64,000 nt of DNA. Source: a bacterium. Its GTDB lineage: Bacteria > SAR324 > XYD2-FULL-50-16. The DNA is taken from positions 320,001 to 384,000 of the forward strand of contig JAVVEA010000001.1 in the NCBI GenBank assembly GCA_032250835.1, in the 5' to 3' direction. A model generated the notes under the pieces. That model saw only the letters and a program-made list of their open reading frames with translations, was not told where the DNA came from and did not search any database. Position numbers and translations under genes: made by a program. Positions 52,784 to 61,749 of this stretch are shown here, piece by piece. The first letter of the stretch is position 1, and each line of letters starts with the position of its first letter.

Positions 52784-52984
52784 CCCATTCAGGCTGGATT
52801 TGCAGCCTACCTCTGGAGTGCGGGGTCGATAACCACCAACGGCCGCAACCAAAAGCCCCTGGAGATTGGTGACGCCCTCTTTGGGGTCACCATGGAAGAG
52901 CCGGGTGCTTCAAAGATCGTGGCGGTGGACTTTGAGCGGGGCCAGAAGCTGTTGGACGGACCCCGTAAGAAAGGAGCTTAGCCC
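52662..52984 (+). repeat. Exact 125-bp direct repeat (52662-52786 and 52860-52984) of the smc 3' end, separated by 73 bp
   Basis: TGGAGATTGGTGACGCC...AAAGGAGCTTAGCCC occurs twice, compared base by base. Confidence 0.95.
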
Positions 52985-54456
52985 GCCAGGGCGTGTTTCT
53001 GCCGGTATGAAAGCCGGTCTAGGGCGTTGCGGTAATGCCGCTCTACCTCTTCTAGCTGGGCAAGATTCGCCGCAGACTCTTCGCGGCCCAAAGAAGCGTC
53101 CAGAGCACAAAGCGCCAGGGACAGTTCATCAAATCCCAGCTTCTGGCCAGCCCGCTCGAAACGCCCCACTAGGTCTCGGGCTTCGGGCCAAGCCCCATCC
53201 CTTAGGTGGCGTTCTAGGGCCATCAGGTATATCTCGCCGGTCAGGGCAAAATCTTCCCGGTCCGCGCCGACGGAGCGACTTACCTCTGCGCGGTTGCGTA
53301 ATACCTCTTTCAGCGGAAGGACCAGCTCAAAACAGGTGCCTTCACCTGCTTCACTGGTGACCCGCAACTGTCCGCGCATGATTTCCACCAAACGTTTGAC
53401 GATGGCCAGCCCAAGGCCGCTGCCCTGGTTGCCCCGGCTACCAAATTCTTCGACCTGCCAGAAGGGATCAAAGAGGCGCGGGATTTGATCGGCGGCAATC
53501 CCTCGGCCCGTATCCTTAACCCTCAGGCTCATGCCGGTTACCTGTCCGCCTTCAATCTGCGGGGCTACCGACAAAGTCAGTCCGCCAGATTCCGTGAATT
53601 TGAGGGCGTTGCCCATGAGGTTAACTAAGATTTGGCGCAGCTTCGGTTGGTCGCCGACCAACCATCCGCTAAAGCCCTCAGCAGCCTTTATTTCTACCGT
53701 TAAACCCTTCTCCTCAGCCAGCGGCAAGAACCACATGCGCAATTCGTCCAACATGGCCCAAAGGTCAAATTCGCGGGGTTGCAGCTCCACCTTGCCTGCC
53801 TCTAAACGGCCCCAATCCAGCAGACCGTTGACCATTTCCAGCAAAGACTCACCGCTGCGGCTCAGGGCGGTAATAAATTCCTGCTGTTCGCGGTCCATGG
53901 CGGTGTGCGAAAAAAGGTGCACCATCCCCATCACCCCATTGATCGGGGTGCGGATCTCGTGGGCCAAAAAGTTCAGCAGTTCGGATTTTTCCCTGGCTTC
54001 CTTCTGGGCCAGGTCTCGCGCTTCGCGTAACTGTCGTTGTAGCTCACAAAGTACGGCCCGTTCGTTGTTAGCGGCGGCGGTCGTTTCTTTGAGTTCCAAA
54101 TGCCGCTCACCGACGCGGTGGTGTAGCCAGATTCTTTCTAGCAACCCCTTGGCGCGGTGCAGCGTGAGTTCCGGGTGGTCCGGCTCGGTCAGGTCCCAGT
54201 ACTTTAGCCTCAAGGGCGGTTTGATCGGCTCTGAACCAAAGACCAGCACCCCGTAAGGGAACCGGTTGAGCTTCTCTTGATGGGCTTCAACCCAAGCCGA
54301 CATCTGCGCGGGAAGCAAGATCAACCCACCGGGACCAACTTCTAGGCGCTTTAGGGCGCTATCGGTCCTCAGGGGCAATAATCCTAAGTCCAAATCGGAG
54401 GCGAGTTGTCCCGCTGAATCGATTTGTCCCAACAAGATCAGTTCTAGTCTAAACAT
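52978..54456 (-). CDS. Cytoplasmic sensor histidine kinase
   Basis: AHEIRTP H-box, NLMGNALKFT, DTGRGI, GSGLGL; no TM segment. Confidence 0.92.
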   Translation of the reverse strand: MFRLELILLGQIDSAGQLASDLDLGLLPLRTDSALKRLEVGPGGLILLPAQMSAWVEAHQEKLNRFPYGVLVFGSEPIKPPLRLKYWDLTEPDHPELTLHRAKGLLERIWLHHRVGERHLELKETTAAANNERAVLCELQRQLREARDLAQKEAREKSELLNFLAHEIRTPINGVMGMVHLFSHTAMDREQQEFITALSRSGESLLEMVNGLLDWGRLEAGKVELQPREFDLWAMLDELRMWFLPLAEEKGLTVEIKAAEGFSGWLVGDQPKLRQILVNLMGNALKFTESGGLTLSVAPQIEGGQVTGMSLRVKDTGRGIAADQIPRLFDPFWQVEEFGSRGNQGSGLGLAIVKRLVEIMRGQLRVTSEAGEGTCFELVLPLKEVLRNRAEVSRSVGADREDFALTGEIYLMALERHLRDGAWPEARDLVGRFERAGQKLGFDELSLALCALDASLGREESAANLAQLEEVERHYRNALDRLSYRQKHALAG

Positions 54457-54474
54457 GGCTCCTCCCGAGGAGGC

Positions 54475-54681
54475 TCAAAAAAATTTAAAGCGTCTCTTCT
54501 TCTTGGCTGGCTTGAAGCTATCGAGCAACACATCGATGATCTCACCTTTGACCCCTTTGAACTCAAGGGCGACCAACTTACGTTCCAAACAACGACGGTG
54601 GCAGGATTCCTCCTCATCGCTGATCCAGCGTTCTTCTTCGGCGGTAATTTCTTGGCCGCAAAATTCGCAGGTTTCGGACAT
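54475..54681 (-). CDS. Small putative zinc-binding hypothetical protein
   Basis: CEFC...CHRRC; fills the gap between co-directional genes. Confidence 0.6.
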   Translation of the reverse strand: MSETCEFCGQEITAEEERWISDEEESCHRRCLERKLVALEFKGVKGEIIDVLLDSFKPAKKKRRFKFF

Positions 54682-54717
54682 GTCTTCAGGTCGGGTCAGT
54701 TCAAATTGGGGGTTCTC

Positions 54718-55854
54718 TTAGGGAAGAAGAAGCAAACTCCGCGCCAGGGCTCCCTTCACAAAGGGAATCAAATAGGCCCCCGGCTCTGATATACCGCTAA
54801 CCTGCTCACCCGACAGTTTTTCTAATCGCTCGATCAGTAGCGTAAATTCTTTACCTTCGGGGTTTACCAGCCCTAATTGGACCGGAAGATTCAAGCTGAT
54901 TTCAAGTTGGATCAGGCAGTAAGCCCCTTTAGATGCCTCTAACACCTCGCCAACCTGTTGCCCCTCTACCTGAGCCAGACGGGCGTTGGTCAGGCGTTTG
55001 ACCGGACGGTCGGTGCGGTTGGCGCAAAAGAAACCGGCGGTGATCTTACGGGGCCAAGCTGCTTTGAGCGCCAGAAAATCACCTTGAGCGGCCTCAAAGG
55101 CCTGCCACTCCTTAAGCTCGGCAAACTCCAACCGCACCCCACCCACTCCGGCGGCTTCGATTGACGCCAACCGGTCGAGCAGGAACAAATCCCGCGAATG
55201 TAACATACAGGTGCCCTGAGGGCTTTGCCAGAGGCGATTGACTTGCCTCGGCCGCTCCAAACTGACCGCTTCTAAGGCCCGGTAGGCTTGGTCCGCGTCC
55301 AACAAAGGGCGGGAACTAAAAAAAACTTCCAGCGGACCTAAGGCCTGAACTTCCAAAGGTGGCAGGCCTGTTTTGTCCAAACCAGCCACCGCTTTTATGG
55401 GCAATTGATTGGACAAGCAAATCCGCGCCGGGTTCAATTCGGCGGCCCAGCCGTGGATCGTGGCGGCATTGGGGCTGCTTAGTTCCAAGCTCAGGTGTAA
55501 GGGCAGCTCGGGCCAGTGCCGTTTCAACGCCCTAGCGGCACCCAAATCGGCCACCTTCACGCCTCTAAGCTTGCTCACCCAAGGCTCTAGGATGGTCAGC
55601 CCCCTAGCTAGGGCTTGATCAGTCAACGGTAAATCCCACAACAAAATGGGCGAGCCTCCGGCGGCTAAAATTTTTTCTAGCACCAAAGGCGTCTCATCCA
55701 CCTCAAATTGTCCGCGCCGCGAGAGTCCCTTAACACCCCATAGTATTTCGGGCTGAGACAAGGCCAATAGCGGTTCTAAAAGCGATGGATGTTGGATCGA
55801 AAAGCAATAGTTCAAGGGGCAAATTCCAATGAGGTTTAAACCTTTGTAAACCAC
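54718..55854 (-). CDS. Peptidase U32 family-like protein (start uncertain; may be TTG at 55815)
   Basis: VADLGA, LS.QL, LEVQALG..FFSSRPLL, GT....RDL.L......AGV..VRLE. Confidence 0.7.
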   Translation of the reverse strand: MVYKGLNLIGICPLNYCFSIQHPSLLEPLLALSQPEILWGVKGLSRRGQFEVDETPLVLEKILAAGGSPILLWDLPLTDQALARGLTILEPWVSKLRGVKVADLGAARALKRHWPELPLHLSLELSSPNAATIHGWAAELNPARICLSNQLPIKAVAGLDKTGLPPLEVQALGPLEVFFSSRPLLDADQAYRALEAVSLERPRQVNRLWQSPQGTCMLHSRDLFLLDRLASIEAAGVGGVRLEFAELKEWQAFEAAQGDFLALKAAWPRKITAGFFCANRTDRPVKRLTNARLAQVEGQQVGEVLEASKGAYCLIQLEISLNLPVQLGLVNPEGKEFTLLIERLEKLSGEQVSGISEPGAYLIPFVKGALARSLLLLP

Positions 55855-55924
55855 CTCCTTTACCGGGTAAAGCTGAACTGAACAAATGGCGTTCTAATTA
55901 CGCCGCAGGGCCGGAATTATTCGG

Positions 55925-55953
55925 TTGAAAGTTTTCCGTACCTGCACTATTGT
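55925..55953 (+). promoter_or_regulatory. Putative sigma70 promoter of korAB
   Basis: TTGAAA-17 bp-TATTGT. Confidence 0.4.
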
Positions 55954-56049
55954 TATTAGCCGAACGACGATATGGTGAGGCATTTGCCTCCTAAGTAGCG
56001 ATAAGCAAATTCGCTAGACTTAAAACTAGGACCTCAACCAAAAGCCGCA

Positions 56050-57894
56050 ATGAACGACACGCTTCGACTGCAAGAACTGGGTAATGTAGTGATCCGGTTT
56101 TCCGGTGACTCTGGAGACGGGATGCAGCTTACGGGCAACCAGTTTACCAGCGCCGCTGCCAATATTGGTAACGATGTAGTAACCCTGCCCGACTTCCCTG
56201 CTGAAATCCGCGCCCCAGCCGGCACCATCCCGGGCATCTCGGGATTCCAGCTCCAGATTGGGGACCATAAGGTCAACACGCCGGGCGACTTCCCGGACGT
56301 TTTGATCGCCATGAACCCCGCAGCCCTACGGGCCAACATCAAGGACCTACGTCCCGATGGCTTTGCTATCACCGATGCAGACGCCTATGACGAACGTGCC
56401 ATCGCCAAAGCTGGTTACGCTGAAGGAATCGACCCCTTCTCTCGCGAAGAAACCCTAGGCAAACAAGTGATCGCCGCGCCGATCACCAGCCAAACCTTGG
56501 CGGCTTTGGAAGAATTCACCGAGATGACCAAGAAGGACAAGGAGCGCTGCAAAAACTTCTTTACCTTAGGTCTGCTTTTCTGGCTCTACGACCGCAGTCC
56601 TGACTTCACCATCACCTGGCTCAAGGGCAAGTTCGCCAAGAAGCCGATGATCGCTGAAGCCAACATCAAGGCCATGAACGAGGGCATGATTTTCGCCCAG
56701 AACTCCGGCCTCTTCCAGTCTCAGTATAAAATCCCCGGTGCGGTTACCAAACCGGGTACCTATAAGTTCCTGACCGGGAACGAAGCCGCTGGCCAAGGCT
56801 TGATCGCCGCCGCCGAGAAGGCTGGTTTGAATCTCTTCTTAGGTTCTTACCCCATCACCCCGGCCACGACGATCTTAGAAGAAGTGGCGCGCCACAAGAA
56901 CTTCGACGTCAAAGCCGTCCAGATGGAAGACGAAATCGCTGGTATCTGCTGCGCCATTGGTGCTGCCTGGGCCGGTGACTTGGCGGCTACCAACACCTCG
57001 GGCCCCGGTGTGGCGCTCAAAGGTGAGGCCATGGGTTTGGTGATGATTCTCGAGCTGCCTTTGGTGATCATCAACGTCCAGCGCGGTGGCCCTTCGACTG
57101 GCCTGCCCACCAAGACCGAGCAATCGGACTTGATGCAAGCCATGTACGGTCGCAACGGTGAGTCCCCGATTCCGGTCATTGCCGCTAAGAGCCCTTCGGA
57201 TTGTTTCGATATGGCCTTTGAAGCATCCCGGATTGCGCTCAAGTACATGACCCCGGTCATCTTGTTGACCGATGGTTACCTAGGCAACGGTGCCGAGGCA
57301 TTCCGCATCCCTGATGTCAGCGAATTGCCCGAACTGCCCACCAATTTCCGCACCAACCCCGAAGGGTACCAGTCTTACGCCCGCGACCCCAAGACCATGG
57401 CACGTGAATGGGTGAAGCCCGGCACTCCCGGCTTGGCCAACCGCATCGGCGGTTTGGAAAAAGACCAGCTTTCCGGTGCGGTCTCGCACGACCCGGACAA
57501 CCACGACCACATGGTCCGCGCCCGCGCAGCCAAAGTGGCCAATATCGCCAACGACATTCCGGACTTGGAGATCCATGGTGACCAGGATGGCGGCGAAATT
57601 GTGATCATCGGTTGGGGCTCCACCTATGGGGCTATTAACAACAAAGTCAACAAGTACCGCGCAGAAGGCAAGCCGGTATCTCAGGTCCACTTCTCACACA
57701 TCTTCCCCTTCCCCAAGAACACCTTGGAGGTATTGAAGAAGTTTAAGAAGATTGTGGTCGCTGAAATGAACCTGGGCCAGCTAAACAGCCTGCTGCGCGC
57801 CGAGTTCACCGTCGAGACCATCCCGTTGACTAAGATTCAAGGCAAGCCATTTACCGAAGACGAAATCGCCGCTGTGGTGGACCAACTTTTGTAG
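56050..57894 (+). CDS. korA: 2-oxoacid:ferredoxin oxidoreductase alpha subunit (gamma-alpha fusion)
   Basis: GDSGDGMQ, YPITPA, EDEIA, TSGPG, QRGGPSTGLPT. Confidence 0.95.
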   Translation: MNDTLRLQELGNVVIRFSGDSGDGMQLTGNQFTSAAANIGNDVVTLPDFPAEIRAPAGTIPGISGFQLQIGDHKVNTPGDFPDVLIAMNPAALRANIKDLRPDGFAITDADAYDERAIAKAGYAEGIDPFSREETLGKQVIAAPITSQTLAALEEFTEMTKKDKERCKNFFTLGLLFWLYDRSPDFTITWLKGKFAKKPMIAEANIKAMNEGMIFAQNSGLFQSQYKIPGAVTKPGTYKFLTGNEAAGQGLIAAAEKAGLNLFLGSYPITPATTILEEVARHKNFDVKAVQMEDEIAGICCAIGAAWAGDLAATNTSGPGVALKGEAMGLVMILELPLVIINVQRGGPSTGLPTKTEQSDLMQAMYGRNGESPIPVIAAKSPSDCFDMAFEASRIALKYMTPVILLTDGYLGNGAEAFRIPDVSELPELPTNFRTNPEGYQSYARDPKTMAREWVKPGTPGLANRIGGLEKDQLSGAVSHDPDNHDHMVRARAAKVANIANDIPDLEIHGDQDGGEIVIIGWGSTYGAINNKVNKYRAEGKPVSQVHFSHIFPFPKNTLEVLKKFKKIVVAEMNLGQLNSLLRAEFTVETIPLTKIQGKPFTEDEIAAVVDQLL

Positions 57895-57906
57895 GAGAGA
57901 CCCAGA

Positions 57907-58914
57907 ATGAACGCTGAAAGCAAATACACCAAAAAGGACTTCGTACCCCCCGGTGATGTAAAATGGTGCGCCGGTTGCGGCGACTACGCCATCTTGGCCC
58001 AGGTACAAAAAGTTCTTGCTGAAACGGGCATCAGCCCCGATCAATTTGCCTTTATTTCGGGTATCGGCTGCTCTAGCCGCTTCCCCTATTACATGAACTG
58101 CTACGGCTTGCACGGCATCCATGGCCGTGCCTTGGCCATCGCCACGGGCACTAAAGTCGCTAACCCGGACCTACACGTTTGGGTGGCTATGGGTGACGGT
58201 GACGGCCTGGCTATTGGCGGTAACCACTTCATCCACGCAGTGCGCCGTAACGTGGGCATCAAGAGCATCTTGATGGACAACCGCATTTACGGTCTGACCA
58301 AAGGTCAGTTTAGCCCGACCAGCCAACGGGGCGCTAAAGTAAAGACCGCGCCGATGGGTACCGTTGAGGACCCCATCGATCCGATCTCTTTATCCTTGAG
58401 CCTAGGCGGCAGCTTCGTGGCCCGGACCACGGACCGCGACGTCAAGCATATGGCCGAGGTGTTACGCCGCAGCCAAGAGCACGATGGTTTCTCTATGGTC
58501 CAGGTGCTTCAAAACTGCCCGATCTTCAACGACGGGGCCTTTGACACTTGGGTTTCCAAAGGCAAGGAAGAGTATGTCTTGAAGTTGGTCCACGGAGAGA
58601 AGATGATCTTCGGTCTGGACAACGAAAAGTGCATCGTCCGCAACGGCTTCAGCCCCAAAGTGGCGCTGGTAGCAGAAGTAGACGAGAAGGATATCATCAT
58701 CCACGATGAGTTTGCCACCGACAGCGGCTTAGCCGGTTTCTTAAGCCAGCTCAACGGTACCAACGGAATGCCCATGGCTTTGGGTATTTTCCGCCAGATT
58801 GACCACCCTGCCTTTGAGGCAGAGTATCGTCGGCAAAACGCCGAAGCCGCCGCTACCAAAGGCAAGGGCGACTTGGCTACCATGCTGCACGAAGGCGAGA
58901 CCTGGACTCTTTAA
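57907..58914 (+). CDS. korB: 2-oxoacid:ferredoxin oxidoreductase beta subunit
   Basis: WCAGCGD, GIGCSS, GDGD...IGGNH, YGLTKGQ, QNCP. Confidence 0.95.
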   Translation: MNAESKYTKKDFVPPGDVKWCAGCGDYAILAQVQKVLAETGISPDQFAFISGIGCSSRFPYYMNCYGLHGIHGRALAIATGTKVANPDLHVWVAMGDGDGLAIGGNHFIHAVRRNVGIKSILMDNRIYGLTKGQFSPTSQRGAKVKTAPMGTVEDPIDPISLSLSLGGSFVARTTDRDVKHMAEVLRRSQEHDGFSMVQVLQNCPIFNDGAFDTWVSKGKEEYVLKLVHGEKMIFGLDNEKCIVRNGFSPKVALVAEVDEKDIIIHDEFATDSGLAGFLSQLNGTNGMPMALGIFRQIDHPAFEAEYRRQNAEAAATKGKGDLATMLHEGETWTL

Positions 58915-58920
58915 TTCCTT

Positions 58921-58950
58921 AGGAGGGGCCCCCTATTTGGGGGCCTCCTT
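58921..58950 (+). terminator. GC-rich hairpin after korB
   Basis: AGGAGGGGCCCCC-TATTT-GGGGGCCTCCT. Confidence 0.6.
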
Positions 58951-58970
58951 CGAACCCCTCTCTTTTCCTC

Positions 58971-61049
58971 ATGTCCGCCAAAGAAAGATCAGATTCTTTA
59001 CGTCTTTGGCATCTTCTGGCCATCCTGGGAGTTTTCTCTTTCCTAGGCTTACTGGTCGGTTTTATGGCCTTCCGCAGCCATACCATCGAGCAGTTTGAGT
59101 CCGCCTTGGCCGCTCAGGACGACAACACCATCTTCTACGACATTGACGGTCAGCCCTTTCACGTAATCCAGGGCGAACAGGACCGTAAGTATGTACCGCT
59201 CTCGAAGATGAGCCGCAATCTCCAAATGGCGGTGGTCGCTATCGAAGACGCCCGCTTCTTCCAGCACTTCGGCTTCGACCCAATCCGCATTTTGGGGGCG
59301 ATTGTATACAACATTAAAAACTTCCGAGCGCCTCACGGGGCCTCAACGATCAGCCAGCAACTGATCAAATTGACGTTACTCAGCCCCGAGCAGACCTTAA
59401 GCCGTAAGCTCAAAGAGCTATTCATATCGATTGCCATAGAAACCAAATACTCCAAGGCAGAAATCCTTGAGTTTTACCTCAACCGGGTCTATTTAGGGCA
59501 CCGCAACTATGGAGTCGAGAATGCAGCACTCAACTACTTCCATAAAAACAGCAAGGACCTGAGCTTAGCCGAAGGAGCCTTTATTGCCGGGCTGATCAAA
59601 AAACCCGAAGGCTATTCCCCCTTTGTTAACCTCAAGGGTGCACGAACCCGCCAAATTTTGGTGCTGATGCGGATGCGGGCTTTAGACTGGATCAGCAAAG
59701 AAGAATACCAGCAGGCCCTTAACGAACACATTCTGATCCGGCAACGCCGAAAGTCAGACCTCAACCTAGCGCCCTTCTTCACCAATCAGGTTCTTTCAGA
59801 GTTAAAGCAACGCTACACCGTTGAGCAGATCTACGGCGGTGGGCTACGCATATACACCACCCTTAACCGACGCTACCAAGAAACGTTAGAGGCAGCGATC
59901 CACGAACGCCTCTCTAGGGCCCGCAGCTTTGAAGAGATCGGGGCGGTCAGCATCGACCCGGCCACGGGCTTTGTGGAGGCCTTAGTTGGGGGGGCGGACT
60001 TCAACCAAAGCGAATTCAACCGGGTCACCCAAGCCCGGCGTCAGCCCGGTTCCGCCTTTAAGGCAATCTTGTATAGCGCGGCCTTGAGCCGAGGCCTTAA
60101 GCCCAACGACGTATTTTTAGACGAGCCCGTCCAATACGCCAACAGCAACGACGAAAACAGCACCGACTTCTATGCCCCAGAAAACTACTCGGGCGAGTAT
60201 TCGGGCGAGATCACCCTGGCCCAGGCCCTTAAGGTCAGCAACAATGTGGTCAGTGTCCAGATATTAAAAAAGATCGGGATTCAAAGCTTAGTTGAAGTGG
60301 CCGAACGCTTTGGCCTCGAAATCCCCCGCGACCGCGGCCTTTGCTTGGCCCTTGGCTGTGCGGAGGTATCTTTATTGGAACTAACCAACGCCTATAGCGT
60401 CTTCACCAATTCGGGCATGAAGTCTGAGCCGGTCTTCATCCTTAAAGTGACCGATTCCTTCGGCAACCTCTTACAAGAATACAAACCAAAACCCGAAAAG
60501 CAGGTGCTTAGCTCCGGCGTCGCCTTCCAAATGAACCGCATGCTCCAGGCAGTGGTCACTTCGGGCACCGGACGGGCCTCGAAGATCGAGGAAACTTCCG
60601 GCGGCAAGACCGGCACCACCGACGGCTTCCGAGATGCTTGGTTTATTGGTTATACGGCGGGATTGGTCACCGGTATCTGGATCGGCAACGACAACAACGA
60701 ACCGATGGACGGCGAGGTCGGCGGGCGGACCCCGGCGCGGCTGTGGAAGGCTTATATGAAGGAACTCCCGGCTACGGGATATGAGCGGACCTTCCCGATC
60801 AACGATGAGTTTGAAGATTTTAGGCTTTGTGATAGCTCCGGGCTAAAGGCCACCGAGTACTGCCCTAAAGTTTCTTGGTATCCGCTGCGGCGCGATACAG
60901 CTCCGCTGCGCGATTGCGACATCCACGGACCGCACACTCTATTCGAAGAGCCCTCCATGACCTTCGAAACCGACGCAGAGCACCAATTAGACCCGGCGAC
61001 AGACGTTCCCATGGTAACCTTTCCGGAATTTTATCCCGCCAGTCCTTAA
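58971..61049 (+). CDS. Class A penicillin-binding protein (PBP1A family)
   Basis: IEDARFF.H, GASTISQQ, RKLKE, SAFK (SxxK), SNN, KTGT. Confidence 0.95.
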   Translation: MSAKERSDSLRLWHLLAILGVFSFLGLLVGFMAFRSHTIEQFESALAAQDDNTIFYDIDGQPFHVIQGEQDRKYVPLSKMSRNLQMAVVAIEDARFFQHFGFDPIRILGAIVYNIKNFRAPHGASTISQQLIKLTLLSPEQTLSRKLKELFISIAIETKYSKAEILEFYLNRVYLGHRNYGVENAALNYFHKNSKDLSLAEGAFIAGLIKKPEGYSPFVNLKGARTRQILVLMRMRALDWISKEEYQQALNEHILIRQRRKSDLNLAPFFTNQVLSELKQRYTVEQIYGGGLRIYTTLNRRYQETLEAAIHERLSRARSFEEIGAVSIDPATGFVEALVGGADFNQSEFNRVTQARRQPGSAFKAILYSAALSRGLKPNDVFLDEPVQYANSNDENSTDFYAPENYSGEYSGEITLAQALKVSNNVVSVQILKKIGIQSLVEVAERFGLEIPRDRGLCLALGCAEVSLLELTNAYSVFTNSGMKSEPVFILKVTDSFGNLLQEYKPKPEKQVLSSGVAFQMNRMLQAVVTSGTGRASKIEETSGGKTGTTDGFRDAWFIGYTAGLVTGIWIGNDNNEPMDGEVGGRTPARLWKAYMKELPATGYERTFPINDEFEDFRLCDSSGLKATEYCPKVSWYPLRRDTAPLRDCDIHGPHTLFEEPSMTFETDAEHQLDPATDVPMVTFPEFYPASP

Positions 61050-61621
61050 AGCAGGGCCTCGATCGCCTCTAGCAATTCGGTGCGGCCCATCTTTTTAAGC
61101 GCCGAATGGAGGATCAAGGGCTCCGAAGCCCCTAGAGTCTTGCGCAACTTGCTGGCCTGTTGCTGCACTTGGCTTTTGTTGAGTTTATCGGCCTTGTTGC
61201 CGATCAGGCGGTAGGGGAGGCCACCTTCGACTAAGCTCATATTAAACTCCCGGTCCTCTTTGCTGGGGTCATGGCGCAGATCTAAGATCTGGAAGATCAT
61301 CTTCAGCGGCTCATATTGGAACAAGAAGTCCCAAATCATCAGCATCCACTGCTCCTTGACCGCTTTGGGCGCCGTAGCGAAGCCGTAGCCCGGCAAATCC
61401 ACCAAGTAATAGGCCTGATCGATCAAGAAAAAGTTGATCAGTTGCGTCTTGCCCGGTGTACCGCTGGTTTTCACCAACTTGTTGCGCTGGGTCAGGTGAT
61501 TGATCAGCGTCGACTTGCCCACATTTGACCGCCCAATAAAGGCAAAGGCCGGTAAAGGCGGCAGATCGATGGACCCGACTTTGGTGAAGGACTTAACATA
61601 TTCTGCGTTATGGATCTCCAT
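61046..61621 (-). CDS. engB: Ribosome biogenesis GTPase YihA/YsxC
   Basis: GRSNVGKS, PGKT, DLPGYG, NKADK. Confidence 0.96.
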   Translation of the reverse strand: MEIHNAEYVKSFTKVGSIDLPPLPAFAFIGRSNVGKSTLINHLTQRNKLVKTSGTPGKTQLINFFLIDQAYYLVDLPGYGFATAPKAVKEQWMLMIWDFLFQYEPLKMIFQILDLRHDPSKEDREFNMSLVEGGLPYRLIGNKADKLNKSQVQQQASKLRKTLGASEPLILHSALKKMGRTELLEAIEALL

Positions 61622-61749
61622 GAGGCCTCCTGTTGCGTTACCCTAGCCGAAGGACGGCTCTGGGGGAAGCCCCAGCGGGAAAAAAGGCTTGGCTCCCCTT
61701 GTAAGAACGCGTTCTTTCTGAGATTCTCAAGACCAACCCTAAGAGGCCT

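Noticed and set aside
52640..52984. Diversity-generating retroelement template/variable repeat pair, suggested by adenine-only mismatches
   Set aside because: Only four mismatches, in an A-rich 16-bp fringe; the 125-bp core is identical despite many adenines; no reverse transcriptase is present; the target would be a conserved SMC head
52866..53360. 164-aa plus-strand ORF starting in the second repeat copy
   Set aside because: Out of frame with smc, antisense to the kinase and without recognisable motifs
60820..60930. Cys/His cluster at the PBP1A C-terminus
   Set aside because: C..SG......CP...C..H tails are common in class A PBPs
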